Counted from the stretch's first letter, positions 33,164-45,151 are shown. The stretch: DNA of 64,000 bases from Heteronotia binoei (GCF_032191835.1 NC_083227.1:27714001-27778000), one strand, 5' to 3'. The notes: generated by a model from the sequence alone, not told the origin. A program made the numbers and translations.

Positions 33164-35461
33164 TCAGAAGGAATGTCCAGTCTTTAAGATGTACTCCTCC
33201 GTCTCCCAGGACCACCTCTGGAGTTTGGTGCTCTCCCTCCGTTGCTGCTGTTGCTGGGGTGAGGGGTCCATCAAAGGAGGAAATCCCTGGCCCCACATAT
33301 GGGGTTGGAAACTGCCCAGTTCCCACACAGTTGCTTCTTCTTTATCCTTCATTGGTGGAATGTTCCCTCTGTCCACTCTGTCCTCCCAGAAAACCACCTC
33401 TGGGGCTCCAAACAATTGCTGTCCCAGCTTCTTTTTGTCTCCTTCCTTCCTACCTCTATGCAACACCATGGACCTCGCAGAGACTGGCTGTGGTACATTC
33501 ACCTGCACCACTTGAACTGCCTTTCCCATTTTCTCCATAGCCCCCACACAGGTAGCATCGTCTAGGTCATCCACAATCACATGGGGTCCCTCCCATTCCA
33601 CTTTCCGTTCACCAGTATGAAGGGGTAGGAAATCCATCACCCTATCCCCTGTCTCAACTTCTGAGAACTCCACTTCCTGGTCCCTTGCCAACTCACACAG
33701 TGGTTCCAGCCTCGGGTCACTTTGAACCTCAGACAGGAACATTTCTGGCTGCCCCAGACTTCCTATCATCTGTTCCTTCAAGCCACCCCTAGTCCCACTG
33801 TTTCCAGAACACTCAGCCAAAGTTTGATCTGGGTTCTCCACCCCCTCAGTTGGTTTTTCAGTGTCAGCCAACTGAGCTCCTTCCTGCCTGGAAGTCTCCA
33901 CCGCATCCTGCTGCCCTTGCGGAAATTGGCACCCCTCTTCCCATTGGGCACACCCTCCTGCAGAGCTTGAGACAGGCTGGTCCTCCCCCTCCCTAGTTAG
34001 TGGTGAGGTGGCTTCCCTAAAGTTGCCTTCCTCCCCCCACCTTCCCCTGAGGGTTTGGCTTGGGTTCTCAGTCCCCTCGGTTGGTTTCTCAGCACTACCA
34101 AACTGACCCCCCTCTTGCTTGGAAGGTCCCACAGCTTCCCAGGACTCCTGTCTGCCCTGCTTCAAGACGACCTGTTTTGAGAGCGTCTCGGACGATCCCA
34201 CTTCCTGATCCACAGCTACTTGGTGAACCGGTTCCAACCTAAGGCCACTCCAGACCTCCTTCTGGAACCGCTCCCGTTCCCCCAAGCCTTCAGCTATGTG
34301 CTCCTCTGAGCCCACATTAGCCTTGCTGCTCTCAGAACCTCCTGTGAAATCTCCACTCTCCACCTTGGTCTCTTCAGCTTGCACATCCTTTATGCTAGAC
34401 AGGTTCCCTTCCTCGCTAGGAACATCCACAGCCTCCTGCTGCACTTGGGGAAAGCTACACCCCTTCTCCCCTTGAGAACACCCTACTCCAGGGCTTGAGA
34501 CAGGCTGGTCCTCCCCCTCCTGGGTGACTGCCCTCTCTTCGTCCTCAGTAACCTGGGTTGTTTCCCCCTCCCTGGTTGGTGGTGAGGTGGCTTCCTTAAA
34601 GTTGCCTTCCTCCTCCCACTTTCCCCTGGGGGTTTGGCTGTGGGTTACAGCATTGATAGAGTACTGGCCAACCAACAAATCCCGGCCCAATAACACTGGA
34701 ACTGTTTGTTCCTTCATTACCCCACATTCAGAATAGGATTTACCTTCTTGTGGAGCCAAACCCCTGAACTGCTTTCGGGAGTGGTCTGGCCCCAGTTTAA
34801 ACCTTTTAAATACAGTGGCCTTATAGGCCGCAAAAGTTATCCCCCCATCTTCCACAGGCATGCTGTAATAGATGGCTGAAAGCTCTCCAGTCAGGTTGCT
34901 ACAGAGGTAAGACATATAGTCCTCCTCTGCAATCCCCCACTGTTTGGCTGCCCTCTCAAAGTTGGAGAGGTACATGGAGGGGTCTTCTCCCTCTTTGTAC
35001 ACTGCAAAGTCTTTGGGGGTGACTTGGATCTCTTTGCTTAGTTCAGCTTCCAGACGTAGCACCTCAAGCTCATGGCGACGTTGCTCTTCCTGTTCCCGTC
35101 TGCGGATATCAGCTCTCTCTTTTTCTTCCTGTCTGCGGATCTCAGCTTTCTCTCTTTCCTCCTGCCGGCGGATCTCTGCTTCTTCCTGTCTGCGGATCGC
35201 ATCCCTCTCTGCTTGTCGTTCCTCTCTCTCTCGTTCCTCCTTGATACGCATTCTCTCCAGTTCCATCTGTAGCCGCAAGGTTGCTTCTGACTGGGTGGGG
35301 GCCACTTTTGCAGGTGCCCCTGCATGCTCAAGATGCTCCAACAGGAGGACTTGCATATCTACTACAGTCAGGTTGTCACACTCCAGCTCTTGCTTTGCGC
35401 ACTCTTCCTGGAGCTGTGGCTTTGTCATCTTCAGGATTTCCAGTTTCTTAGCACGCTCCAT
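33164..35461 (-). CDS. 765-aa retrotransposon polyprotein remnant (Gag N-terminus, PR end, repeat linker, IN GPY/F tail)
   Basis: E/R coiled coil, capsid-like YKEGEDPSMYLSNFERAAKQWG...LTGELSAIY...FKLGPDHSRKQFRGL, protease C-terminus VPVLLGRDL, and GPY/F-like GDRVMDFLP...WEGPHVI. RT, RNase H and the integrase catalytic core are absent. Confidence 0.8.
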   Translation of the reverse strand: MERAKKLEILKMTKPQLQEECAKQELECDNLTVVDMQVLLLEHLEHAGAPAKVAPTQSEATLRLQMELERMRIKEEREREERQAERDAIRRQEEAEIRRQEEREKAEIRRQEEKERADIRRREQEEQRRHELEVLRLEAELSKEIQVTPKDFAVYKEGEDPSMYLSNFERAAKQWGIAEEDYMSYLCSNLTGELSAIYYSMPVEDGGITFAAYKATVFKRFKLGPDHSRKQFRGLAPQEGKSYSECGVMKEQTVPVLLGRDLLVGQYSINAVTHSQTPRGKWEEEGNFKEATSPPTREGETTQVTEDEERAVTQEGEDQPVSSPGVGCSQGEKGCSFPQVQQEAVDVPSEEGNLSSIKDVQAEETKVESGDFTGGSESSKANVGSEEHIAEGLGERERFQKEVWSGLRLEPVHQVAVDQEVGSSETLSKQVVLKQGRQESWEAVGPSKQEGGQFGSAEKPTEGTENPSQTLRGRWGEEGNFREATSPLTREGEDQPVSSSAGGCAQWEEGCQFPQGQQDAVETSRQEGAQLADTEKPTEGVENPDQTLAECSGNSGTRGGLKEQMIGSLGQPEMFLSEVQSDPRLEPLCELARDQEVEFSEVETGDRVMDFLPLHTGERKVEWEGPHVIVDDLDDATCVGAMEKMGKAVQVVQVNVPQPVSARSMVLHRGRKEGDKKKLGQQLFGAPEVVFWEDRVDRGNIPPMKDKEEATVWELGSFQPHMWGQGFPPLMDPSPQQQQQRRESTKLQRWSWETEEYILKTGHSF

Positions 35462-35590
35462 CCTAACTAGCTAAACTTTCCCTACTCCAGTTGACCCGAA
35501 AAGAAAACAAAACCGCTGTTGCTTCCTCTGGGTGCTTGCACGCATCAAAAACCAAAAATGCCTGGCCAATCAAGTTCTCTGTTTGTTCTC

Positions 35591-35608
35591 ATCCCACCGC
35601 TGCCGCCA
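35591..35608 (-). other. Primer-binding site complementary to the tRNA-Leu(AAG/UAG-type) 3' end
   Basis: TGGCGGCAGCGGTGGGAT lies 2 nt after the 5' LTR. It matches 17/18 to the recalled tRNA-Leu end ATCCCACCGCTGCCACCA. Confidence 0.8.
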
Positions 35609-35610
35609 AG

Positions 35611-36483
35611 TGTGACGGAACCGGCCCGATTCTGACTTCAGACCCGGTCCCGTCAGCTCCCTATTGAGTCGCCAACTCCTGGAGGGAGTATTCCTCCTCC
35701 TCCCCTTGGGCTCGCTGCCACCACCTGCTCAGTCCCGGGGTTCAGATTGAGAGGAACAGGACTCCCAATCCCCCTCTCCTGCTATGAGGCTAGGCCTCAA
35801 GGTCCTCTGCCACCCTGCACTTGGGTTTCACAGAGACCTCAGCGCTTCTTTGGGGCACCCCTGGAGGATTGGCACCTTATCCAACTGCATGCCTTCCCCC
35901 TTCCCCGGGGCCCCCTTCTCAAAACAGCGTGGTCTAAAGCGGTCTGGGGATCTAGGTGGTACAGAGATTGATTGCCAGCATTTAAACAGTAAAAATATAT
36001 TTATTTAAAAAGAGAAAAAGATAGGAAAAGGAAAACAAACCAAAAACAGTTGCCTTTAAAAAGTTAACACAGCCTAGTACAGCACAACACAGCTCAGCAA
36101 ACAGCATAACAAAATAAAGGTGGTTTTTAAACGCATCGTATTGTCCCTGGTCTATACTTGATCTGCCTAAGAGAATGACTTACTTTGTCTTACTGCCTGG
36201 AGGCCTCATTTTCCTGAGCAGGCCCCCCACAGGCCGGAGCTCAGAGGCAAGCAGCCTCTCTTCCCGAGCCTCTGCTGCAAACTGAGAAACTCTTCCTGCC
36301 TAGCACATGGCAAGAACAACAGCCCTTCCTGCCTCTCTAGGAGACTTTCCCCCTAGCGTTGTTGGTTTGGCTCAGGAAGGGAGGGGGGGAGTGAGGGGAA
36401 GGCTACAAAGCCTGCTGAATGGATTTACTGATCCCTGCCTTTTTGGATGAAGCACCAACACTCTCAGATGGCGTTTCTCCACA
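35611..36483 (-). repeat. 5' LTR (873 bp)
   Basis: By eye it differs from the other LTR only at one substitution (tgtga/tgtgg) and one 1-bp indel (gagtattcc/gagctattcc). Confidence 0.97.
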
Positions 36484-36595
36484 GTATCTTTAAAAAAAAT
36501 TAAAGCACAGGAATTACAATTAAAAAGAGACTTTTCCTGCTTTATTTTGTAGCATGGCCACAGGATGATTTGCAGACATTTGGAAACAGGTTTTG

Positions 36596-37275
36596 GAACC
36601 ACATGGAATTCCCCAGGTTATAAATCTAAAACTTACAACATAAAATATCAGACAATTAAAATACTGATAAGGTGGTATATTCCACCAAATATGTTGCACC
36701 ACATGAGTCAAGACATTTCTCCATTATATAAAAAACAATGTGGGCTTGAAGGTAACTTTTTGCATTGCTGGTGGACCTGTAGATATATTAGACAATTTTG
36801 AAAATTACACTAATACATCTCCCATTTCTTCCTGAGATAGTTTTCTTAGGGAACTGGGTTAATTCTACAGGCAACAAGTATAAAATAGAAACGGTTCATA
36901 TTCTTTTATCAGTGGCCCACACATCTATTGCATCCTGCTGAATAGAGAACTCATTACCTACGATACCAGATTGGCAAAATAAGTTACGGGAATCCTTTGT
37001 GATACATAGAATTTCATTTAATGTTGATAATTTGATATCAACATATTTGTGACATAGTTTCCAATTGTTAACTATCTCAATCCAGAAGAAATCATTCCTA
37101 AGAATAAGGTTTATAAAAGAATGTATTTTTAATGTTATGCAATGCTTATCCTATACCTCTGCACATTAATTTTAATCTTCATCATTGCACTGTATAATTG
37201 ATATGATTTTGGAATGTGATTTTGACGTTAAAGTATACAGTATAATGTATAATTATATACAAACAAGACATTAAA
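36596..37275 (+). mobile_element. Degenerate L1 3' fragment
   Basis: Encodes YNIKYQTIKILIRWYIPP...CGLEGNFLHCWWTC, an L1 ORF2 C-terminal motif. Absent from the paralogous segment at ~21270. Confidence 0.75.
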
Positions 37276-37549
37276 GCACACACACATAGAACAGCCATGG
37301 CAGGCAACATCAGTCTCTCGTCTTTCAAGACAGAGGAAAGATATCAACTAAAAGGCTAAGAAATGGCCATCTTCTCTGCCTGTGGAGTGTTAGATTCACC
37401 AGTGTGGTATAGCCAGGAAGCTTTATTAGGCAGCAGAGTGCACAAAGCTTACACACAGCAGCAGCAGCTTCTCAGTACTGTGTGTGCCACAGAGTTCCAT
37501 GAAGCCTTCTGTCAGTTCCAAACTAACAAGAGTCCTTTATTTAGGGAGG

Positions 37550-37850
37550 AAAGGAAAGGTCCCCTGTGCAAGCACCAGTCGTTTCTGACTCTGGAGTGAC
37601 GTCGCTTTCACAACATTTTCACGGCAGACTTTTTACGGGGTGGTTTGCCATTGCCTTCCCCAGTCTTTTACATTTTCCCCCCAGCAAAGCTGGGGACTCA
37701 TTTTACCAACCTCGGAAGGATGGAAGGCTGAGTCAAACTTGGGCCGGCTACCTGAATCCAGCTTCCACTGGAATTGAACTCAGGTCATGAGCAGAGAGTT
37801 CAGACCACAGTATTGCAGTACTGCTGCTTTACCACTCTGCGCCATGGGGC
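37550..37850 (-). mobile_element. Sauria SINE
   Basis: Same consensus as 8338-8628. Confidence 0.85.
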
Positions 37851-38418
37851 CTGCATTAGGAAACTACATTATAAATAGTGTAGGTTGGGAGATAGGGACA
37901 GGATCTAATCTAACTAGCTATGGTGGATTCAGATGCAAAAGGCATGTCCTACATCCATCGTGCCAGAGATGGAGAGCATTCTCCTGCTTTGTGTAAGAGA
38001 GATGCGCTGGAACAAGGAAGTCTTGTCCCAAGAACAGCATTCTACTTCAAAGGATAGTATCAAATAGCAGGAAGAAAAAGATTATCTGTGTGTCCTGACC
38101 AATGATCTCTCTAAGCTGTGGAGCCTTGTGAGCAAAAATACTACATGAGCTACTGGCATTAAAGTTGTGAGCAACTGTATAAATTAGTGTGCTCTGGGGC
38201 CATCCTTCCTGAGCTAAGATAAAAATGTGTGAGCCAAGGGCTAAACAACTTGTGAGCTAGCTTACACTAACTCAGCTTAGAGGGAACACTGGTCCTGATA
38301 CCTCTCTGTCTCTAAATTTCTGGTGCTGCCTCTGGAGTCTGAGGCAGGGGATACCATACACTCTTCCACTTCCCACGCGGAGAACAGTACAAAGATGCGC
38401 CAGGGTGATTTGGCTGAA

Positions 38419-40734
38419 CAGGACTGGATAAACAATTAGGCAAATGAAGCACTTGACTATGGGGCCCCCCGTGGCCAGCTTTCCCCCCCCCCCCCGTTGG
38501 CCCTTTCCCCTCAGCTTACCTGCCTCGCCTCCTCCCCATCGCTTCCCCCTTCGTCCGCCCACCCCTTCCCTCCCCTCATTGCTGCTTCCCTGCTGTTCGT
38601 AGCTTCCCTCTTCACCTGACCCCTCCCCCTTGCTTTCTTCTTTGTCCACCTGTCCAGCCTCCTCCCCATCTGCCAGCCCAGCCCCAGGGAAACCCATCTC
38701 TGGAATGAGAAAACCGCTTCTGCGCTTGCAAGGCACTTTCGGCCGAGTTGGGCGGGGAGGGGAGGGAAGCCGTCTGGGCTCTGGTTGAGTGGTGGGCAGC
38801 GGGCACAGGACACTTCCCCCCCCCCCAAAGGCAGAAATCTGAATCGCCCGCAGCTAAAGAAAGTAGGAAAACCAGCCAGGCAAGCTGGCTCCATCCTTCG
38901 CAGCTCCTCAGCCCCTCTTCTGCAGCTGGCAGCGCCAGGCCAGCCAACATTGGCTCTCGTTGGGACAGGGAGAGAGATGGATTGGGCTGGCAAAATCGCT
39001 GCAAAGCTTCCTGCCTTGGGAGCTTGCTTCCCCGCCTCCCTCGGGAACTTGCAGGCTGCCTCTATCAGTACCAGAGGACAGATTTTTTTTAAAGTTCCCT
39101 TTGCTCTTTCGGCTGCCTCTGCTCTTTCTATCAAGTCCAGATGAGGGGGGCGGGGAAGACAACAACTTCCTTTCGTTCCCTGGGGAGGGGGAAGGGAGAC
39201 AGCGGAAAGACCAAGTTGTGCCGGAGTGCCTTGAGAAGCCCAGCAAAGTTTCCCTCCAGGTTTTGTGTGCAGTGCTTCTCTGAGATGGATGCTCCAGAGC
39301 CTCCAGTCAGTTCAGCAAAAGAGTCCTGTTTGTTTCTGTGATTCAGACTGGTTTGCAGGTTCTCTTTCAGTAGCAGAGGTAGGCCCTGCGCTAAGGGTGA
39401 AATGTATTTGGGAGCGGAGGCAAAAGGCGGCCGCGGGAAGACAACGGCGGCTGCGGGCAGGCGACAGAAGGTGGCAGGAAGACAGAGGCAGCTGCAGGAA
39501 GGTGGCAGGAAGGCAAAGGCAGCTGTGGGGAGGTGGCAGGACGGTGGTGGGAAGGCGGCAGCAGCTGCGGGGAGGCGGCGGAAAGTTATTATTTTTTATT
39601 ACTTTACATTTCTATCCCGCCCTCTCCGCAAGCGGACTCAGGGCGGCTAACAACATTCATTTTTACAAATTAACCAATAAAAAGCTAGTTTAAAATTATT
39701 TAAAAACATTTCATTTCATGGTGCTGTATCACTACAGTATAATATAAGTGGTGATCATGGTACTCTATATTGATGTATAGAGGCAGCAGCGGCTTCGGGG
39801 AGGTGGTGGGAAGGCTGCGGCAGCTGCGGGGAGGTGGCGGGAAGGCAGCAGCAACTGTGGAGAGGCAGCGGAAGACAGCGGCGGCTGCGGGAAGGCGGAG
39901 GCAGCTGCGGGAATACAGCAGCACCTGTGGTGAGGCGGCAGGTGGCAGCTCCTGCAGGAAGGTGGCGGGAAGGCAGCAGCGGCTGCGATGAAAGACAGTG
40001 GCGGCTGCAGGAAGGTGGCTGCGGGAATGCAGCAGCACCTGCGGGGAGGCAGCAGAAGATTGTGGCAGGAAGGTGGCGGCGGCTGCAGGGAGGCTGTGGA
40101 AGGCAGCAGCAGCTGTGGGGAGCAGGCGGAAAGTGGTGGGAAAATGGCAGCGGCAGCAAGAAGGCAGCCGCGGCTGTGAAGAGGTGGTGGGAAGGCAGCA
40201 GCGGCTGTGGAGAGGCGGCCAGCCTTATTCCTTGTGCTGCAGGGGGCTCTCTCACTGGTCTCTCCAGTAATCCTGACTTCATTTTCCTGCTCTGTCCTGT
40301 GTGAGGGTCTGCTTGACATCCCTGTCCTGCTTTAGCCATTCCAGACAGTTCAGCAGACGCAATATAGACTCCATCAAGGCTGGCCCCACCTGGCAGCCAA
40401 CTATAATCAACATTTCACATGAACACAGACATGAAGCTGCCTTATATAGATGAAGGGGAAATATAAGGGGCGCCATTTCCCCCCCCCCCTTAAAAATATG
40501 TAGATCCGGCCCTGTCCCCACAGCTTTGTCAAAGAGGCTTTTGAGGTTGCCAGCAGGCTGCAGTGGGGCAGACGCTAAGTCTCTGAGATAATTGGCAAGA
40601 CCCACCCCCCCCAGAGTTTGACTGCCTAGGGGTGTAGGCAGTGGGGTGGGTGCTCCAACTTGGAGATAGTTTGCGAGGGGGCCCCCCAAGATTTCAACTG
40701 CCTAGGGTCCTCCACAGGGTTTAATCCGGCCCTG
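38419..40734. mobile_element. 2.3-kb non-autonomous hAT element with GC-rich minisatellite
   Basis: Imperfect TIRs CAGGACTGGATAAAC / GTTTAATCCGGCCCTG and a perfect 8-bp TSD TGGCTGAA at 38411-38418 and 40735-40742. Empty site attcagctgaataccagg at ~22430. Confidence 0.85.
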
Positions 40735-41208
40735 TGGCTGAACACCACAGGAGGCGAGTAAATTGTGAATTGCACTCTTATCAAATTTTCAATTCAGTTT
40801 TAATATGGTCAACAGCCAGCACAAATAGTGCATTTCAATCACTGGGAATGAAGGATACAATGCTGGGCTGTAGAAGGCTTGAAATGCAAGAGTATATCTG
40901 TAGCATTTTGCGGGGAGTTTCCCATCTGCAAGTACATTTCAGAGAAATTAAACCCCTGCAGCTATTTGGTGTTATTGTTGTCTCATGGGATTATCCGCTA
41001 AACCCATGAAAAGCAAATTGTGCCATTTTATGTGGACAGAGCATCTACCCCTTGTAGGGATATTATGAATAATGAGCAATATTATAGGGCCAGGTTTACC
41101 ACAGATCTCTTGAGCACTTTTCCCTACAAGGGGTAGATGCTTCTGTAATTCGGAGCTTCTATGACTTGCCATCCATAAGGCTTGTTGTATTTCAAGAACT
41201 AGTCATTT

Positions 41209-41955
41209 ATTTTGGGGGGGGGGGCAGAAATTTAGCATACAATATTGAGTTAGAGCGATGGTCCCAGTTACGGAAAACAAACATTAGAATTACAAGATCT
41301 GCTGTGTTTAAAGAAAAAATATATAAAATGTTTTACCGTTGGCACATGACACCAGATAAGCTTGCAAAAATGTACCCGGGTTTATCAAATATATGCTGGA
41401 AATGTGAAAATCAGATAGGTACCTATTTTCATGCATGGTGGTCTTGTAAAAAAGTTAAGGGTTATTGGATACAAGTTCATGAGTTATTGCAAAAAAAAAA
41501 TTTAAAGCGGTTATTCCATTTAAACCAGAGTTGTTCTTGTTAAATTTGTTACCTCATAATATGGAAAAACAACTGAAATATATTACACTGTAAATGGTTA
41601 CCACTGTGAGAATTATATTTGCAAGATATTGGGAAAAAAAGGGATTTACCAACTATGGATGAACTTATGGCTAAGATATTGGATATAGCAGAAATGGACA
41701 TTCTTACAAATATGTTGAAAAAAGAATCTAACCAACTAGGAAACTGGACTCTATATTATGACTGGATACGTAAAAAGTAATTAGATAATAATGTCAAGAG
41801 ATTAATAATTGAGAGGTGAGAAATTAAAGGGGTCAAAAACAAGTTTAAAGAGATATTTGTTGTATATTGCTGCTTTGATATTTGTAGAAACCGCATTCTC
41901 CATCCTCTATTTTTTTTGTTATGAAAATAATAAAAGATTAAATATCTTTTTAAAA
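41209..41955 (+). mobile_element. 5'-truncated L1 in the 3'UTR of gene 3
   Basis: YRWHMTPDKLAKMYPGLSNICWKC...GTYFHAWWSC, the L1 ORF2 C-terminus, with an A-rich tail. 15-bp TSD AAGAACTA(G/A)TCATTT at 41194-41208 and 41956-41970. Confidence 0.88.
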
Positions 41956-41970
41956 AAGAACTAATCATTT

Positions 41971-42391
<421 letters not shown>

Positions 42392-43614
42392 TTACTCCCT
42401 TCTGTGAATTCTGTTGTGTGTGTTAAGGTCTGAACTGCACCTAAAATCCTTTCCACATTCCATACATTTATATGGCCTCTCACCTGTGTGTACTCTTCGA
42501 TGTGTATTAAGGCTTGAGCTCTGACTGAAGCTTTTCCCACAATCCAGGCATTTATATGGCTTCTCGCCTGTGTGGATTCTTTCATGTGATGTAAGGCTTG
42601 TCTGGACACTGAAACTCTTTCCACACTCCAAGCATTTATATGGCTTTTCTCCTGTGTGGCTTCTTCGGTGTATATTCAGGTGTGTGCTCTGACTGAAGCC
42701 TTTCCCACACTCCTGGCATTTAAAGGGTTTCTCTCCAGAATGCATTCTTCGGTGGGAAATAAGGTGCGGACTCTGAGAGAAGCATTTCCCACACACTGTG
42801 CACTCGTAGGGTTTCTCCCCTGAGTGAGTTCTCTGATGTGAAGTGAGGGATGCGCTCCAACTGAAGGTCCTTCCACACTCCAGGCACTCATATGGTTTCT
42901 CCTTTGTGTGGAATCTCTGATGGGAAGTGAGGCACGTGCTCCATCTGAAGGTCTTTCCACACTCCAGGCACCCATATGGTCTCTCCTTTGTGTGGATTCT
43001 CTGATGGGAAGTGAAGCCTGCACTCCAACGGAAGCTCTTTCCACATTCCAAACATTTATATTGTTTCTCCTCTGAATGGACTCTCTCATGCAAATTTAGA
43101 GAGCTCTTACAGCTGAATCTCTTGCCGCACTCTGAACACTGCCATGGTTTTTGCCCCGTGTGGGTTCTTTGATGGGAAGTAAGGTTTTCACTCAGACCAA
43201 AAGTATTTTCACACTCTGAATTCTCAGATGGTTCCTTTCTCTTATGGATTCTCTGGTGAGAAGTGAGGCTTGCAAGCCTGCCGAAGGGCTTTCCACATTC
43301 TGAGCATTTGTACGTTTCATCCCCTGCATGGATTCTCTGGTGGGAAGAAAAGCTGGATTCACAGCTCAAGACTTCTCTGCTTTCAGAATGTCTATACCTC
43401 CTTTTTCCTTTGGCACATGGTTCTTGGGATAGCTTTTCAAGAAGGATGCCAGTGTGGAAAACTACAGACTGATTCTCTGACTTCTCTGCCTTGCTTTCTT
43501 CCTGCCTCTTAGACTGTTCTGGATTCCTGGAAGGCTTTTCCGCCACTTTATAGCAGGCCATTATGAAAGAGACCACACAGCGCTCACTATAATTCTCATC
43601 ATCCTGCCTGTTAC
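42392..43614 (-). CDS. Gene 3 zinc-finger exon (10 intact fingers)
   Basis: ORF 42392-43576. Acceptor ttccatcag|GT at 43615/43614, phase 1 and in frame. Ends HRRE-TAA. Confidence 0.95.
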
Positions 43615-44674
43615 CTGATGGAAGAAAGACTCCTGATTAGTATGGGAAATAAGTCTGTAATCTGCAGCCATAACAGAGCTAACTTTTCCGCAAATTTAGG
43701 AAACGCCGAGTTATTTTAGTTTGGTTTCTAAACTGGCAGTGGGATACAGGCAACTTTGGCGCTCCTCATCAACAATTTTCTTCTGGAATTCAATGCTTCC
43801 CTTTCACAGAGCAGCCCAAAAATTATACATAAAGGTATAAAATACACTTGACCTAATGGGTTTCAAGTGAGTGGGTTCATTTATTTCATTTTTTTAAAAA
43901 AAATATGTACCACTCACAGACTAAAGGCTTTAATTTATTACTTTCTTCTTATCATGAACGACTCACAGGTATTAAAGAAAGGTTTATCAGAGAGCAGAGT
44001 TTAGCACCAGAGAAGGCACCACCCACATGGATGAGAGTAGAGTTCCACAGGGGCTGGTGTTCGCCTTTAAAGCCCCTCTATGGTTTGGGACCAACAGTCT
44101 TGAAGGGCTTCCACTGACTTATGAGCCTACATAACCACTATGGACATCTTTGAATGTTCTGCTTCAAGGGCCCCTACATTCTGAGGCAGTGGCAAAGTTA
44201 GGAGAGGGCCTTCTTAGTTTTGGATCCGGAACTCTGGAACCCTCTCCTTGGGGAGATCCCCCTGTTTCTTCCTGAAGCCGTTTTCCGCCAGTGGGTGAAG
44301 ACTTTGTGATTTCATTTGACATTCCCTCAGAGTTTTTTCCATCCCACCCCACGTTTATTCTTTCGTATTTTAGCTCTAGGTTTTTTATACTGCTTTTCGT
44401 CATTTTAATGGTTCTTAAGATGTGATTGGATTATATACATTTTAATTCAATAGCAGCATTGGTAACTCTTATGGAGTCAGAAAAGTGGGATGTAACACTG
44501 TAGAATGAAATAAAAAAATTTGCAGCACGTATTTAATATTCACACAAATTCCTCAATTCTATTAATTGTATCAACTAATGCTGTAAAAGTTCCCTGAGTC
44601 TCAGTGAAAAAGGCAGACTACAAATAACTTAAATAAAGACGCAACAGTGGCAGAAACCACAGCTTCCACACCTA

Positions 44675-44851
<177 letters not shown>

Positions 44852-45151
44852 TCACAACTAATGCTCTCACTCCTGCCCCAAGGTGGTTTTGCTCACAATA
44901 CAGAAAAAAAGGAACACACGAGGCAGCCTTGTACTGCATCAGCCACTCTTCTATCAAGGTCACTACTGTCCAGTCCAACCAAACAGATGCTCTACCATGG
45001 AACCACGGCCCCTTTTCAAACAGAAGACTTGAAGATGCTGTCTAATGAGTCAGACCATTGCTGGACCCTCATAAGCACAACTGCACCAAGCTGTGAACAT
45101 GCTGTGGTTGTCAGAGAGCCACAGAAATAAATTTTCTTTCTTTCTTGATTT

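Larger units (their letters stand above)
32096..36483 (-). mobile_element. Gmr1-like Ty3/Gypsy LTR retrotransposon, non-autonomous deletion derivative
   Basis: Two TGT...ACA LTRs (32096-32969 and 35611-36483) and a 5-bp TSD GTATC (32091-32095, 36484-36488). PBS at 35591-35608 and polypurine tract at 32970-32983. One internal ORF with gag, protease-end and integrase-C-terminal remnants. Confidence 0.93.

Noticed and set aside
38272-40339. Multiple overlapping 100-200-aa ORFs
   Set aside because: Products of low-complexity GC-rich cargo in a non-autonomous hAT element.
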